Origin: Schmidtea polychroa | Lineage: Eukaryota | DNA: 64,000 nucleotides | Assembly: GCA_044892525.1 (NCBI GenBank) | Contig: CM097888.1 | Span: 39,184,001 to 39,248,000 of the forward strand | Reading direction: 5' to 3' | Shown: positions 47,972-60,466 of the stretch, piece after piece | Position numbering within the stretch: position 1 is the first letter of the stretch | How the letters are laid out: each line of letters begins with the position of its first letter | The notes under the pieces: model-generated | Told to the model about the DNA's origin: nothing | Database searches by the model: none | What the model saw: only the letters and a program-made list of their open reading frames with translations | Position numbers and translations under genes: made by a program

Positions 47972-48107
47972 ATGTCCATGAATTACGTAGAGTTAAAAGT
48001 TTCAGAATTGCGTGAAGAATGTAAATTAAGAAATTTGGATACTACCGGTTTAAAAGTGCATTTAGTTGATCGCTTAAATACTTTTGATAGAAACCAACTC
48101 CTTAAAA
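47972..48107 (+). CDS. HNRNPUL1: hnRNP U-like exon 1 (SAP domain)
   Basis: LKVSELREECKLRNLDTTGLKVHLVDRL. Confidence 0.9.
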
Positions 48108-51100
48108 GTTTACTATTCTGTTTTAACACTCTAATTTATATTTAAATAGGCAAATCTGAAAATAAAACGACTACGAAAGTTACCGAGCCAAGTAGAGAAA
48201 ATACCTTAGACGAATCAAAAGTTAGTCAAAATGATAAAATTGATTTAAATGCAAATCAGTCGAATATATCTGAAAATGGATCTTTAAATTTCATTGACGT
48301 GGATTTGGATAAGTCACCTATAATGGATAGACATGCTAAAGATATGTCCTTTGAATCTAATCTCAAAGATTATGGCAAAGACAATATGTATAAGATAGCT
48401 TCTTGTGAACATGAGAACTGGGAAAGTCGCACTGATGTACATTTAGATTTTTACAACAGTGACATGAATTTGGTAATCAGTGAAAATGGATTATTAGTAA
48501 TACCATTATGTGAGGATGGATTTCAATATGTATGTGGTGGTGTTAAAGGAAATTATGGGGTAAAAAGTGGAAAAGTTTATTTTGAAGTAAAAATTCTGAA
48601 GAAATTCAAAGTCGAATTAAATAGTGATGCTGGAGATTCAAATTTCATTCGAATTGGTTGGTCAGCAGACAACGAACCAATGCCACTTGGAGAAAGTGGA
48701 TTATCTTATGGATATGACTGTATGGGAAAAACAGTTAATGATGGAAATTATACAGATTACGGCACTAAATCAACTGAAGGTGATGTTGTTGGCTGTTTTT
48801 TGGTAATTTTATTATTCTATTTAAATAATACTAAAATTTCTTGGTTTCTAGGAATTTAATGGTGACAGTATTGTACTAAGTTTTTCTATTAATGGGGAAG
48901 ACCAAGGGGAAGCATTTAGAATTTTAAGTAGAGAATTGAAGGATTGTGTATTAATGCCTCATATATATGTTAAAAATGTATGCTTTGAAGTAAATTTCGG
49001 ATCTAATAGTATAGATGCTATTTGTCCACCAAAAACGAAAATTGAAGGGTCTGAGGCAATAGAAGATGTTACATGGACCTTATTAGGAAAAGTTAATTTG
49101 AATCAAAGAACCAGGGCTTTAAAACCTCCAAAAATCAAAAGCGAATGTGAAGTTTTAATGATGTGTGGATTACCAAGTTGCGGTAAAACTATATGGACTG
49201 AGAAACAAATCAAAGAATATCCCGAGAAAAGATACAATTTATTAAGCATTAACAATGTTTTAGAAAAAATGAAAGTAGGTTAACACAAATTGCATAATTA
49301 AAATTTAATTGTTTATAATAGGTTAGTAATTTGCGGAAAAAAGTTAGTGCAAGTAGATGGGATTCCTTTATTTTGTCCGCAACCCAATGTCTCAATAAAT
49401 TTATGGAAATTGCTGTTTCAAGGCGAAGAAATTTTATTTTAGATCAGGTTAGTAATTTATGAAATTCTAAAATAAACAGATATTTTATAAGTAGGGAATA
49501 TTAGAATATTATATTATAGAATGCTCTGAAAAATATTAAATACTTTCAATTTAGGATTATTTATCAGTAGTTATAAACATAATTATAAATTACTAGGAAC
49601 AAATTTATTTGATCCTTTGCGAGCAAAGTAGGAAATATTTTAAATTTTGATAATCATTCTACAGGATCGATTTTGCAATTTTGTACACTGTAATAATAGG
49701 TTCAATAATTAGTACTATATGTTATTAAAATTTAAAAATCAATGGAAAGTAATTAGTTACACTGGATCTAACTTAAGTAGAAGTTAGTAGATAATTGGTT
49801 AGTAAATAACTATATTTTGAAGGTCTTTGCATGAGTTTTGAACATGTAAATAATTTGGATTTGGCTCGCAAAGGTTTTTAGGACCAATAGAGGTTAGGAT
49901 CAATATAGGACACGAGATACAAATTATTTATTCAATTTTTAAAAGCAGTCATTTATAGACTTGTGTTATTCACCGATTTTGATCACACTTTAGACAAATT
50001 GTTACCCAACGGCCCAGCGCCGTAGAATGAAGCCATTTGAAGAATTCATACGAAAAGCAATAATAGTTGTGCCAACTGATGATGAATATCAAAGACGCAT
50101 GAATCAAGTTATTCAAGAGGAAGGCAAAGATGTACCAGAGAGTGCAGTACTACAAATGAAAGGTTTGCCTAGTCATAAGTTTCCTTAATCTTTAAATATC
50201 TTCCGTTTCACTTTACCAGTTTTCATTGAATACGTCGTTTTCATATTTGTCTTCCAATTGTAAATTGCGTTTCGTTTTTAAAACTTTCTTCGATTTACAT
50301 TTAATGTAAAGTTTTCTATTTGTTATTTTCTGTCAGTATTATCATTATTATCCAAGTAAGTACGATATTTACGTATCAAGTTCCAGTAAAGATTTTCTTT
50401 AAAATGTTGGCATTTAGTTTTCAGAGAAGTTTATCGATTTTACCAAAATTCCTCTTTATCTGATAATAAGATGTCATTTTATCCAAATGAAGACATTGAT
50501 TAAAACTGATAATCTTAACTTATATTTCAATCGTCCTTATAGAAAATTTCGTGATTCCTGAAGAAAACAGCGATCTATTTAATGAGATTATTTTCATCGA
50601 ATTGCAAAGAAATGAAGCTGAGGAATTAGTCAAAAAGTATAATGAAGAAGCCAAAAATCAAAAGAAAAAAGATTCTAATTCCGATGGAAAAAGTAAACGG
50701 GATGTAGCCGACGAAAGCTATGGTAAATGGAACTCATCTCCGAAATCTAGCGAAGAAGCCGGTCCGACGGCACCAAAGAAATCTAGATGGAATGATCAAT
50801 CGGATAATAGGAAGGACTCCAAAAGCAGAGATAGGCATGATCGCGTATCTCCGGAATCGGCATCGCTACCACGGAAAAATGATTATAAGTAAGTACTAAT
50901 ATTGCTATTATTAAAAATTGCACTCCTTTTCCATTTTTAGGATTAACCTTTCGGAGATTTTAATTTTGAGAAATATATTGTTACAGACATTTTTATTTTT
51001 GGAATAAAATCAAATTTTACATATTTAATATGAAAATCAAAATAAATTATATTTTGAAATAGGAATAAGGCTATTATTATATTCAAATCAACGAGATTCG

Positions 51101-53846
51101 AGTTTTTCATTGTTAAAATTGTAACTCTTAATTCTGGTTTAAAGTCTAATAATCGATATTATTTTACTGAGATATTAATAGCTAATTTGTATTTCTTTTA
51201 TCACTGTCAAATATTACTAACATTTTATAAACAATTAATTTGTTTATTATAAATTATGTTCCATTGTGTGTGAACACTTTAGATATAAAGATAGAATAAT
51301 TCCTTTTATTTTCTTTAGTTATTATAGGATTTTAAGCACGACCTATGATTTTCACCTTAAATATAACATTATATTCTAATTATAACAAGTGGAAATCTTG
51401 TAGCTTACATTTAACTGGGAAAATAATGGTACATTTTTAAAAACCCTACCCGAAAAGTTTCAATATGATACAATACAGCTCTGTATACCCCCCCCCCCCC
51501 ATAGAATTGTGGTATTACATAGGCAGAATTAGTCGATATACATTCAGATCCAACCGTCACGGAATTAATTTTTATATATAGATTCAAGCCACAAATTTTC
51601 AATGACTAACTTTTCATAACAAGGTCGTTGCTTCTATAGATAGAGTCAATTATGATGGCTCGTATTCATTTGGAAGAATTGTTAACAATCTTCCCCATTT
51701 GATTTTATTTTGGAAACGGCTTTCTTCTAGTTTACATTTAGCCGGATAAAATGGTGTGATAAAAGAATATCAACAGCTGGAAATTCATTTTTAAACAATA
51801 TCTATAAATTTTAAGGAAACTTTTAAAATTTATTATATTATCACGTTTTTTTTATAAACTATGTTAATATTAGGGGAGGATTTTGTTTTTCAAGAGAAGC
51901 GTCGGACAACAGTAAAGGAGGCTCGCGAACGAGTGATGGAGGATTTAGATCGGATAGTAGACATGGAGATAAATCAAGAGGTATTTCAAAGGTTTCCAAT
52001 TGTTAATAATTGATTTAAATATTTAGATCAAAGGGATAGATCAGGGAATCGATCAACAAATCCTCCTTATCGTAAACCCATGGAAACCAATGATAGAAGG
52101 CCAAAATTTGATAGAGATGAACCGAAGTTTGGAAATAGAAACCCAATGCAAAGTAATCGTGATAGCAGACCAAGAGATCGTGGCAGCGAATCACGAGGAG
52201 CCGGTCAATTTCAAGGTAGAGAAAGATCTCGAGGAAACTTCAATGATAGACGACAAGCAGATTCATACGATAATGTTGACAGTCGTAATAAATTTCCCTC
52301 AAATAATTACAATGATCGAAATAGTGGAATGGGAGGTTCTAATTTTGGAAATCAAGAGCGAGGAAGATTTCCAATGGGTGGTACACATCCAGAAAGAGGT
52401 GATTTCAGAGGAAGAGGACGCGGTGGACCGGCAGGGAGCAATATGGGAAAGGATTCATTTATGGATCGTCGCAATGCTGTTTCAGATAATCGAGACTATC
52501 AGAACTATTCAGAATTTAATCCGTTTCCCGATAATCGGCAAACAAACTCTACTTGGCAAACGGATTATAAAGATGAATCGATAATGGATAGACGGAGTTA
52601 CGGGGATGCATCTAATATAAATCGATCCAATCAAGCTCCAAGTTATGATCAGCAATATGGTGGTACAAGAAACGTAATCCAAGGAGGCGGTGCTCGTGGA
52701 AAACCAGTAGATAAAATTCCTAATCCATATGATAGGAAACCTGTTAATGCCAGAGGAGGACTCAGCAGTCGGGGTGGGGGACGTGGAGGATTTCCTTCCG
52801 TGGACAGTTATTCGACCGATGATTATTCATACGGAACCAATAAAGGTTATGACGCATCAGCCACTAAATTCGGTGCAAAATCATATGGTGATCAATCCAC
52901 CGGATCCTATAAAGAACCACTCAGATCAGATACCGCACCATTCGGTAACCCGAAACCAGCAAGAGGGGGATATTCAAGATTCGGTGATGCTCAAAAACCG
53001 CACGTTGCTGAGGTCAAACCGGAAGCTAGCAGGGGGGATTATTCCAGCGTCCAGCAATCTAATTCAGTCCCATACGAAAATTACCAATCTTACGACAACT
53101 CGCAATATCAAAATCAAGGCTATTATAATTACTATACCGGAGATTCAAGTAAGGATCAATCAGCTTCTGTAGGAGGAGCACAAACCTATCAAGCTAGCAA
53201 TCCATCATCCAATCGTGCTCCATATCAATATCAATCGAGTAATACTGCAGCACCGGCATCAAATTATCAATCATCGGGGAATCCCGCATCAAACCAAACA
53301 ACAGGAAATATTAGTGGTGGTGGTTATCAATCATCTGCATACGGATCAAATACATCTAATTATTCCACAAATCCAGCGGGTTCAGTAGGAGGTGGCTATC
53401 AAACCAATTATCCATCAGGTGGAGCAGCAGCGTCAACGGGGGGTTACAACACCTCGAATTACCCCTCGGCAAATCCTTCTACGGCTGCACCTTACCAATC
53501 GGCATATCCTTCATCTAATCCGACTAGTGGAAGTGGTGGATATACAAATCCGTATAGTGCAATTTATGACAGTACTAGTAGTTATGATTCCAGTTATTAT
53601 GGGCAAACCAATACATATGCCCAATCAGGATCTTATGGTGACAATACGGTTGCGTCGAAATACCCAGATTTCTCATCGAAACCCCCAATGGACAGGACTA
53701 TACCGCCACCAGTTGCGGCGTCGGCAGCGGCTGTAGGAGTAGCTGCTGCGGTGCCTCCACAAGCACCAGCCAATCAAAATCAAGCCAGTTGGGGTACTGG
53801 ATATGGAGATTATCCTCAGTACTATGGTCAATATTATGGTCAATAA
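47972..53846 (+). CDS. HNRNPUL1: hnRNP U / hnRNP U-like 1 ortholog, joined model (1259 aa)
   Basis: Exons 47972-48107, 48150-48802, 48852-49274, 49322-49447, 49994-50162, 50543-50888, 51874-51980, 52027-53846. All GT-AG and in phase, total 3780 nt. SAP, SPRY, GLPSCGKT P-loop, RNFILDQTN...AQRRRM, RGG and SYGQ tail. Confidence 0.93.
48150..49447 (+). CDS. HNRNPUL1: hnRNP U-like exons 2-4 (SPRY and P-loop)
   Basis: GKVYFEVKI, RIGWS, LGESGLSYGY, GDVVGCFL, PHIYVKN, GLPSCGKT; introns of 49 and 47 nt. Confidence 0.95.
49994..50888 (+). CDS. HNRNPUL1: hnRNP U-like exons 5-6
   Basis: TNCYPTAQRRRMKPF...GKDVPESAVLQMK|ENFVIPE...EIIFIEL. Confidence 0.93.
51874..53846 (+). CDS. HNRNPUL1: hnRNP U-like exons 7-8 (RGG and prion-like low-complexity tail)
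   Basis: 107-nt exon, 46-nt intron, then a 1820-nt terminal exon ending YPQYYGQYYGQ*. Confidence 0.9.
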
Positions 53847-56800
53847 TTACGACATGATTAATGTGGAATGATTATTGTATTTATTTGTTTTAGTGTTCAT
53901 TATAGTTTATTGCTTTTAAAATACAATTGATAAGTGATGTGGAAATTTTGACATTATTATTGATTGGAAATTATTCAAGTTAGTTCAAAGTTTCCTTTGA
54001 AATTTTTTTTATTAAGCATTCAATTTTTGAATTTTACAAACAAATATCATTTAGCGGAAATTTATTTTTAGGGTTCTTAATCAAAATTGTTGGGTTAACA
54101 TTTAAATCTACAAAATATTAAGTTTCAAAATAACATCAGAATATTTTATGTTGTTACTCAGCATTTTTGGTCTTTTGATTCTTTCTGGGTTCTTGGATGT
54201 TGATAATAGAAAAATTACAGCTTAGTGTTTAAAGGTCACTATTTAATGTATAAAAACTTTATTTTTAGTTGAATTGAATTTCTATGCCAAGATGTGCTTC
54301 ACATGGAATTAGTAACTAATAAATATTTTCAAGCCGATGACTAAATAAAGTGCGCTTTTATTAAATATTAGTGTTAATTATTTTTCATTATTAATATTTA
54401 TTGAATAACTATACATACATTACTATGAATACATAAAATCAGATTGAAACGAATCTGCACTGCACAAAAAATAATGTACAACCAAAAGGAAAAAACATTT
54501 AATAAAATCATCTTGAAGCTGCACGAGAATAATCAGAGTTAAGTGGTGGACCTGGATTGATAGTTTCATTGGTATCGCGATCTTCAAATAATAACTGAGC
54601 CACCTCCCATATAATGCTAATATACAAAGGTTTTTGAGCTCCATCCAGATTTGTTTGTCGCTGGCTATTGGTTAATGCCGTTTTACTACTTCTTTTTTGG
54701 TTATTCTTGATTTAGGAACATTAAAGATTTGATTATCTTGATAACAATTAATGTATGACTGATATTTTATGTTGTTACACCTTTTATATTGGTCCCTAAA
54801 AATGAGTAGATTTTAGCCCTCGAGAAAAAAAATCTAAATAAGTCTTTAATGAAGAATGTGAGGATTTATAGTTTTAGAAACTAAAAATAGAAGGTAATTT
54901 TAAAATGTGAAAATCTCAAGTAGAATATTTATAAAAAATATGAAAAGAAAATCACCGGAGAAAATACTTTCAGATTTATTTTAAAATTTAAGAATAATTT
55001 TAAAAATGATAATTGAAAAATTGTCGAATTATAGTATTGCCGAAGAGGTAATCACCTTTTACAATAATTTATAATTCCCTTTAGCATTACTTGAATTTTC
55101 TTTTGAGTTTCTCTTGGAGTTTTAAAATGTCCTGTAACCTGATATCGTTTTCCTCGACATACTGGCATATTGCTTGTCAACTGCTTTCTTTTTATATACT
55201 AACATTAAAAGCAATTTAATTATCGTTAAACTGTTATTCCCAAATTTCGGGTCTAATTGCCTCCATAACAAACAAAATTTTCACCCCGTCATTGATGATT
55301 TATCTAAAGTAAACTTGATCTCTCGAGCTTCCCTCAAGGCATTGGGTTTTCCTCCGTGTTCGGGCTTTCCATTAACTCGAGCATCGGTATTAGCCTATTA
55401 GCTAATTTTAATTAATTTGTCATTTTATTATAACTTTCTCTTTGGACCCCTTCACTAATCTTTTATTAGTTTTTGACTAGTCTCATGATTTTGGGTTTCT
55501 ACCTATTTCTCTCTATAAATATTAATTTAAAAATTTTATCAATTTTTATGAATTTTGCACTTTTTTATTTTGGTGTTTTTATTGATTTTACCTATACTTC
55601 TATTTCGTTTTTGTGCCTTTATAAATCACCTCATAAATAAAGTAAGATTTTAATCTTGCAAACGAAAATTGAGACGATGACCATACAGTTTTTCATCTAT
55701 TTTATACGGAACAAATTTAACAGATATTACTTGCTTTAATTTTGTCAAGAATACTTCTCATGCCTTGATGATCAATCAAATGAAAAAATACATTGCTAAT
55801 TGCGAACCACTCGACATTCCAACTTTTTCTAACCAATATTGAAAACCTTAATATTCAATAACAAAAAACAAATGTCAAAACAGTTGTTTTTAATAAATAT
55901 TGGAAATATCTTTGTTTCATGAACTTGCTCTTCTGTGCTGGTTATAAGTAGTTATCATTTATTTATAATCAAATATTGATGTTGGAATCGATGAATCATT
56001 TGATTTAACATATTGTTGGGTATATTGTAGTTGGTCGGTGATTGTTAACTGCCAATTACTTATCCGACTCCGAGCGTGTTATTTAATAACGGCAATGACA
56101 AATCTTAACGACATAAAACTTTATTTATTATCACAATTGATTACAACGAATTCAAAGATACCAATTTTCAACACATATAAAATATTTCAAATGCTTATTA
56201 CAACCCTCCGGGAAGAATAGCACAACAATAACAATCCTCTAAGAACGCGACCGCTTGACTACTGCCGGTAATGGGCAATTCGCAAAATTGATATGGTTGC
56301 CTCAAGTTTCTCAACTACCTCTGATTCACTTATTCAATACACAAGTTCTTTTCATCTCTTTTCTTATTCTCAGCACTTTATTTTACTCTCCTGTGAATTT
56401 AAATATCTCATAACTTTCTTTCTAACAAATTTTCTCTTTTTGTCATAAATTTTTTTCGTAGCAATTTTTCTCTCTTTCAGTTAATTTGTGTTCGGTTTTT
56501 ATACTTTCCCATCTGATAATTACTTCTTTTTCCACTGGGATTCCGTAATTTCTGACAGCTGTCGAGATATACTCATTTTTTACAATCCCGTTTCTCGGAT
56601 TTCCCATATCTTTTCACCTCTCTATCTCGAGTATGCCATCAAGATAACAAGCCAATCCAAATTTTGTTTTGCTTCTATTACATTCGTACTTATTAATGAA
56701 GAATGACCTTTTATTTATTTGTGTTTTATTGATATTTTTCTGTTCCCTTCTCATTTTTCAACAATATCTCTTCCACTCTTGTTTTACCGAGTTCCAGAAG

Positions 56801-56967
56801 GATATCCCATTCATTCATAATAATTTTACGCCAGTAGGGTAATGTGTGGAGCCGGGAACAAAGAACTATTACGTAATCGATGACATCACAAAGGAAATTA
56901 CGCCATACCCCCGTGGGAGGGGGGTTACTTTTTTTTTAAAAATTTTTTTTTTAATTTTAATTTTTTT

Positions 56968-57135
56968 ATATTACGTTGCGGTATTTTAAATATATTACGT
57001 TGCGGTAATATATTTAATATATTTATATTTTTTTAATAAATTAAATTTTAAATTAAAATTTTAATTAAATTTTAAATTAATATATTTATATATTTAATAT
57101 ATTTATATTTTAATATATTTATATGCGGTAATATA
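56968..57135. repeat. TATTACGTTGCGGTA repeat array
   Basis: Two full copies (~56969, ~56993), a partial copy (~57124) and another copy after the retrotransposon (~60109-60123). Confidence 0.8.
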
Positions 57136-57316
57136 TTTATATCCGTTTTGATCCGGATCATTTCAACCTCTTTCGTTTATCAAATCTCTTCCAATATACA
57201 AGCTGGCCAGACTCATACATCAGAATCAATTCGATGGATTTGAAATATTGTTATTTTGAAATTTTAAAATGTGACTTTCACTAATTTCTGAGCATATAGA
57301 CTTTATTTTATACTAA

Positions 57317-59923
57317 TTTAGAAGCGAAAATAAAAAACCCAAGCTATGCTCATACCAAATACAGAGATTATATTCAATAAACTCTGGCAAAGCAATAATG
57401 CAAATTCATAAAGAATCATGCAAAGTTATTGACCTAACATCAACATCAATGGACCTGCATTTTACAAGACCAAAACCTCCAAAAATACAGAATATGATTA
57501 ATATTACGGATAAAAGACCAGAATGGGAATCCTCAAAGCCAATTACAGAGAAAGATGTATTCATTGCAATAAAAAACAGCAAAGATGCAGCACCGGGAGA
57601 GGACGGAATTCCAGTAAGAGCATGGAAAGAATGGATGCCTGAGGACCCATTAACTCCAATATTCAATAGAATAATCGATTCCAAAACTATCCCTGATTCA
57701 TGGAAAACTTATATTACAAAGTTGCTTATAAAACCTGGCAAAAATAATCAAGCACATAATCCTGCAAACTGGAGACCTATTGCATTGATGCCTACAAGTT
57801 ACAGAATTTTTATTAAAATTCTTTACAAGAGAATTCTCCAATGGATCCACGAACACAGGTTAATCTCAGAATGGCAAAAAGCGGTGAATATATCTAATGG
57901 CTGCGACGAACACAATTACATCATTACTGTTCAAAAAGAAAAATGCAACAGAAAAAGATACAAAGGATATCAGTGCCACCTTGTGTTCTTGGATCTTGCG
58001 GATGCCTTCGGCAGCATTCCACACGAAGTAATCTGGCATACTTTAGAACAGAAAAGCCTAAATAAAAATACCATAAGCCTACTGCAAGAATGTTACAAGG
58101 ATTGTCACACTATATATCAAAGTGGGGACACCAGATCAAGCCAAATCAAACAAGTGAAAGGTGTTAGACAAGGATGCCCACTATCTATGACCATCTTCAG
58201 CCTCTGTATTGAATATCTAATACAAGCTGCAATAAATAGTGGGAAAGGAGTCGAGTTAGCTGGAGAAAAAATAAGCATTCTGGCATATGCAGACGATCTC
58301 GTACTTATGGCACCACAACATCATCTAATCCAAGAAATGCTTGACATAATTGTGGAACAAGCAAAATTGGCTCACCTAATATTTAAACCAGAAAAGTGTG
58401 GATATTACCTAAATAAAAAAGATGGTATTGGATGGGAAAATAACATATATCTGAATGGAACAAAAATCAAACTGATTGATGAGGAAAATCTGTACACATA
58501 TCTGGGTGTCACAGTTGGAAACACAAAGAAAAATGATCTCAATGAAATTTTCAAAGAAGTTGAAGATAAGGCAACCAATATCTTCAAATCTTCATTGAAA
58601 GCTCACCAAAAGATCGAGGCATATAACATCTTCTGCCATTCAAAATTCATTTTCATTCTACAAGCCGAAGAAATAGTTAAAAGCGAAGCTGGAAAATATG
58701 ACGACAAAATAAGAATGATGATAAAAGATAAAGAGGTGCTAGACTTACAACATAAAATCCCTCTGATGGACGCAATCTTTTACTCCCCTACTGAAAAAGG
58801 AGGTATTGGCATCACCAAAATAGTAGACGAACAAATAATCCAAACAATCGCTCGTTTCCTAAAGCTAATAAACAGCAGCCACTCGGCAATAGTGAATATA
58901 TTAACAGAGGAATTAATAGACGTAGCCGAGACAAGAACAGATTCTACCATCATCACATTATCAGATGCATTAAAATGGCTAGATGGAACATACGCCCATA
59001 AAAGAACAAATTCTGCCAAAAAATCCTGGCTAGATAGAGTGAGAAATGCAATTGCACAGTTGTACAGTGATCACGATGTAAGGCTAACATTCATAATACG
59101 AAATATTGGTACTGGATGCAACATCAAATCCAATACTCAGGAAAAACAAGAGGAAGTCTTTCCACCCTTTTTAGACGAAGCCTCGAAGAAGCTGCATTAT
59201 ATGATCCGTGAGGCATACTTCCAAAAATGGAAATTAGCAAGCTGTCAAGGTCATATCCTAAGGCTATCACAATCAGAATTCACCGAGTGGAAAATGCCAA
59301 AAAACCTAAAGGACTTTGAATGGAGATTTCTAATCAAAGCAAGAGCAAACATGTTAGACATCAACATGAAACAGTCTAACCAAGGAGGCAGACTAGGAAG
59401 CACAAAATGCAGGAACTGTGATAATCCACATGAATCATCAATCCATGTCCTGAATATGTGCGTCAGAGGAACAAGGATGCGAACAAACAAACACAATGAG
59501 GTTCAAAAAGCGCTTGAAGAAATTTTAAAGAAGAAGGAACTCAGCTATGAAGTGGAAAAGAAACCAAAGGAGGCGAAAGAAATGTTAAAACCCGACATTG
59601 TAGTCCGACTGAAAGAACATATTATGATCATAGAAATAAAATGCCCATTCGACGATATAACAACAATAGAGGCATCAAGAGCAAAAAACCAAAATAAATA
59701 TAGAAAGCTCGCACAAGACATAAATGAAGCAACAAATATCTACACAACAGTCGAAACATTCGTAGTATGCTCCCTAGGAACATGGGATAAAAGAAACGGC
59801 GACATATTCAGGAAACTCGGAATTAAATATGAAGAGTATGAGCCAGTGAAGACCAAAATGATCGAGAGAGTGATAAAGGGCTCCAGAAAGACATATGAGA
59901 ACCACAGAGGATTCTACCAATAA
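57317..59923 (+). CDS. R2-superfamily (NeSL/Utopia/R5-like) RT + restriction-like endonuclease, probably 5'-truncated
   Basis: Frame open 57317-59923; IQRLY, WRPIAL, GCDEH, FLDLADAFGSIPH, GVRQGCPLS, YADDL, YLG; CRNC...HVLNMC; KHN; KPDIV...IEIK. 3' UTR to ~60080. Confidence 0.93.
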   Translation, partial: FRSENKKPKLCSYQIQRLYSINSGKAIMQIHKESCKVIDLTSTSMDLHFTRPKPPKIQNMINITDKRPEWESSKPITEKDVFIAIKNSKDAAPGEDGIPVRAWKEWMPEDPLTPIFNRIIDSKTIPDSWKTYITKLLIKPGKNNQAHNPANWRPIALMPTSYRIFIKILYKRILQWIHEHRLISEWQKAVNISNGCDEHNYIITVQKEKCNRKRYKGYQCHLVFLDLADAFGSIPHEVIWHTLEQKSLNKNTISLLQECYKDCHTIYQSGDTRSSQIKQVKGVRQGCPLSMTIFSLCIEYLIQAAINSGKGVELAGEKISILAYADDLVLMAPQHHLIQEMLDIIVEQAKLAHLIFKPEKCGYYLNKKDGIGWENNIYLNGTKIKLIDEENLYTYLGVTVGNTKKNDLNEIFKEVEDKATNIFKSSLKAHQKIEAYNIFCHSKFIFILQAEEIVKSEAGKYDDKIRMMIKDKEVLDLQHKIPLMDAIFYSPTEKGGIGITKIVDEQIIQTIARFLKLINSSHSAIVNILTEELIDVAETRTDSTIITLSDALKWLDGTYAHKRTNSAKKSWLDRVRNAIAQLYSDHDVRLTFIIRNIGTGCNIKSNTQEKQEEVFPPFLDEASKKLHYMIREAYFQKWKLASCQGHILRLSQSEFTEWKMPKNLKDFEWRFLIKARANMLDINMKQSNQGGRLGSTKCRNCDNPHESSIHVLNMCVRGTRMRTNKHNEVQKALEEILKKKELSYEVEKKPKEAKEMLKPDIVVRLKEHIMIIEIKCPFDDITTIEASRAKNQNKYRKLAQDINEATNIYTTVETFVVCSLGTWDKRNGDIFRKLGIKYEEYEPVKTKMIERVIKGSRKTYENHRGFYQ

Positions 59924-60466
59924 CACACCCAAGAAAAGATTCAGTGAACGGATGATAGTGCCAGCATCCCTAAAAGAGCACTCTAGAAGATTTCAATGCC
60001 ATATAACAGCTTGCCTGTTTTATTGTTACTAACATACTAGTTATGTTATGTTATTTTTCTTTAATAAATTTTTGTACTTAAAATTTAATTATATTTTAAT
60101 TATTAAATATATTACGTAGCGGTATTTTAAAATTTAAAAACTTATTTTGACGAAAAAGTTGACAAAATAAAATTATTATTACACACAATGTATATATATA
60201 TATATATATATATAGTCTATCAGACAAGATATTCTGTCCCCCTATGGTCACACACAATGTATAAAAATATTATTAGTGTCCACACATACAACAAGTTAGT
60301 GTTCTCATCGATAGCTCATCTTAAAGTCTAGTATNNNNNNNNNNNNNNNNNNNNNNNNNNNNNNNNNNNNNNNNNNNNNNNNNNNNNNNNNNNNNNNNNN
60401 NNNNNNNNNNNNNNNNNNNNNNNNNNNNNNNNNNNNNNNNNNNNNNNNNNNNNNNNNNNNNNNNNN

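Noticed and set aside
51440-51457. CCCTACCCGAAAAG as the right end plus TSD of an element starting at 36025
   Set aside because: Poor match to TTACCCTACT+CCGAAG, and it would put most of a host gene inside the element.
52090-53736. Three long +1-frame ORFs overlapping hnRNP U-like exon 8
   Set aside because: Shadow frames from biased low-complexity codons; separated by stops and without motifs.
57322-57333. Flatworm spliced-leader AUG supplying the RT start codon
   Set aside because: AUG joined at 57322 reads AAG CGA AAA TAA, out of frame.
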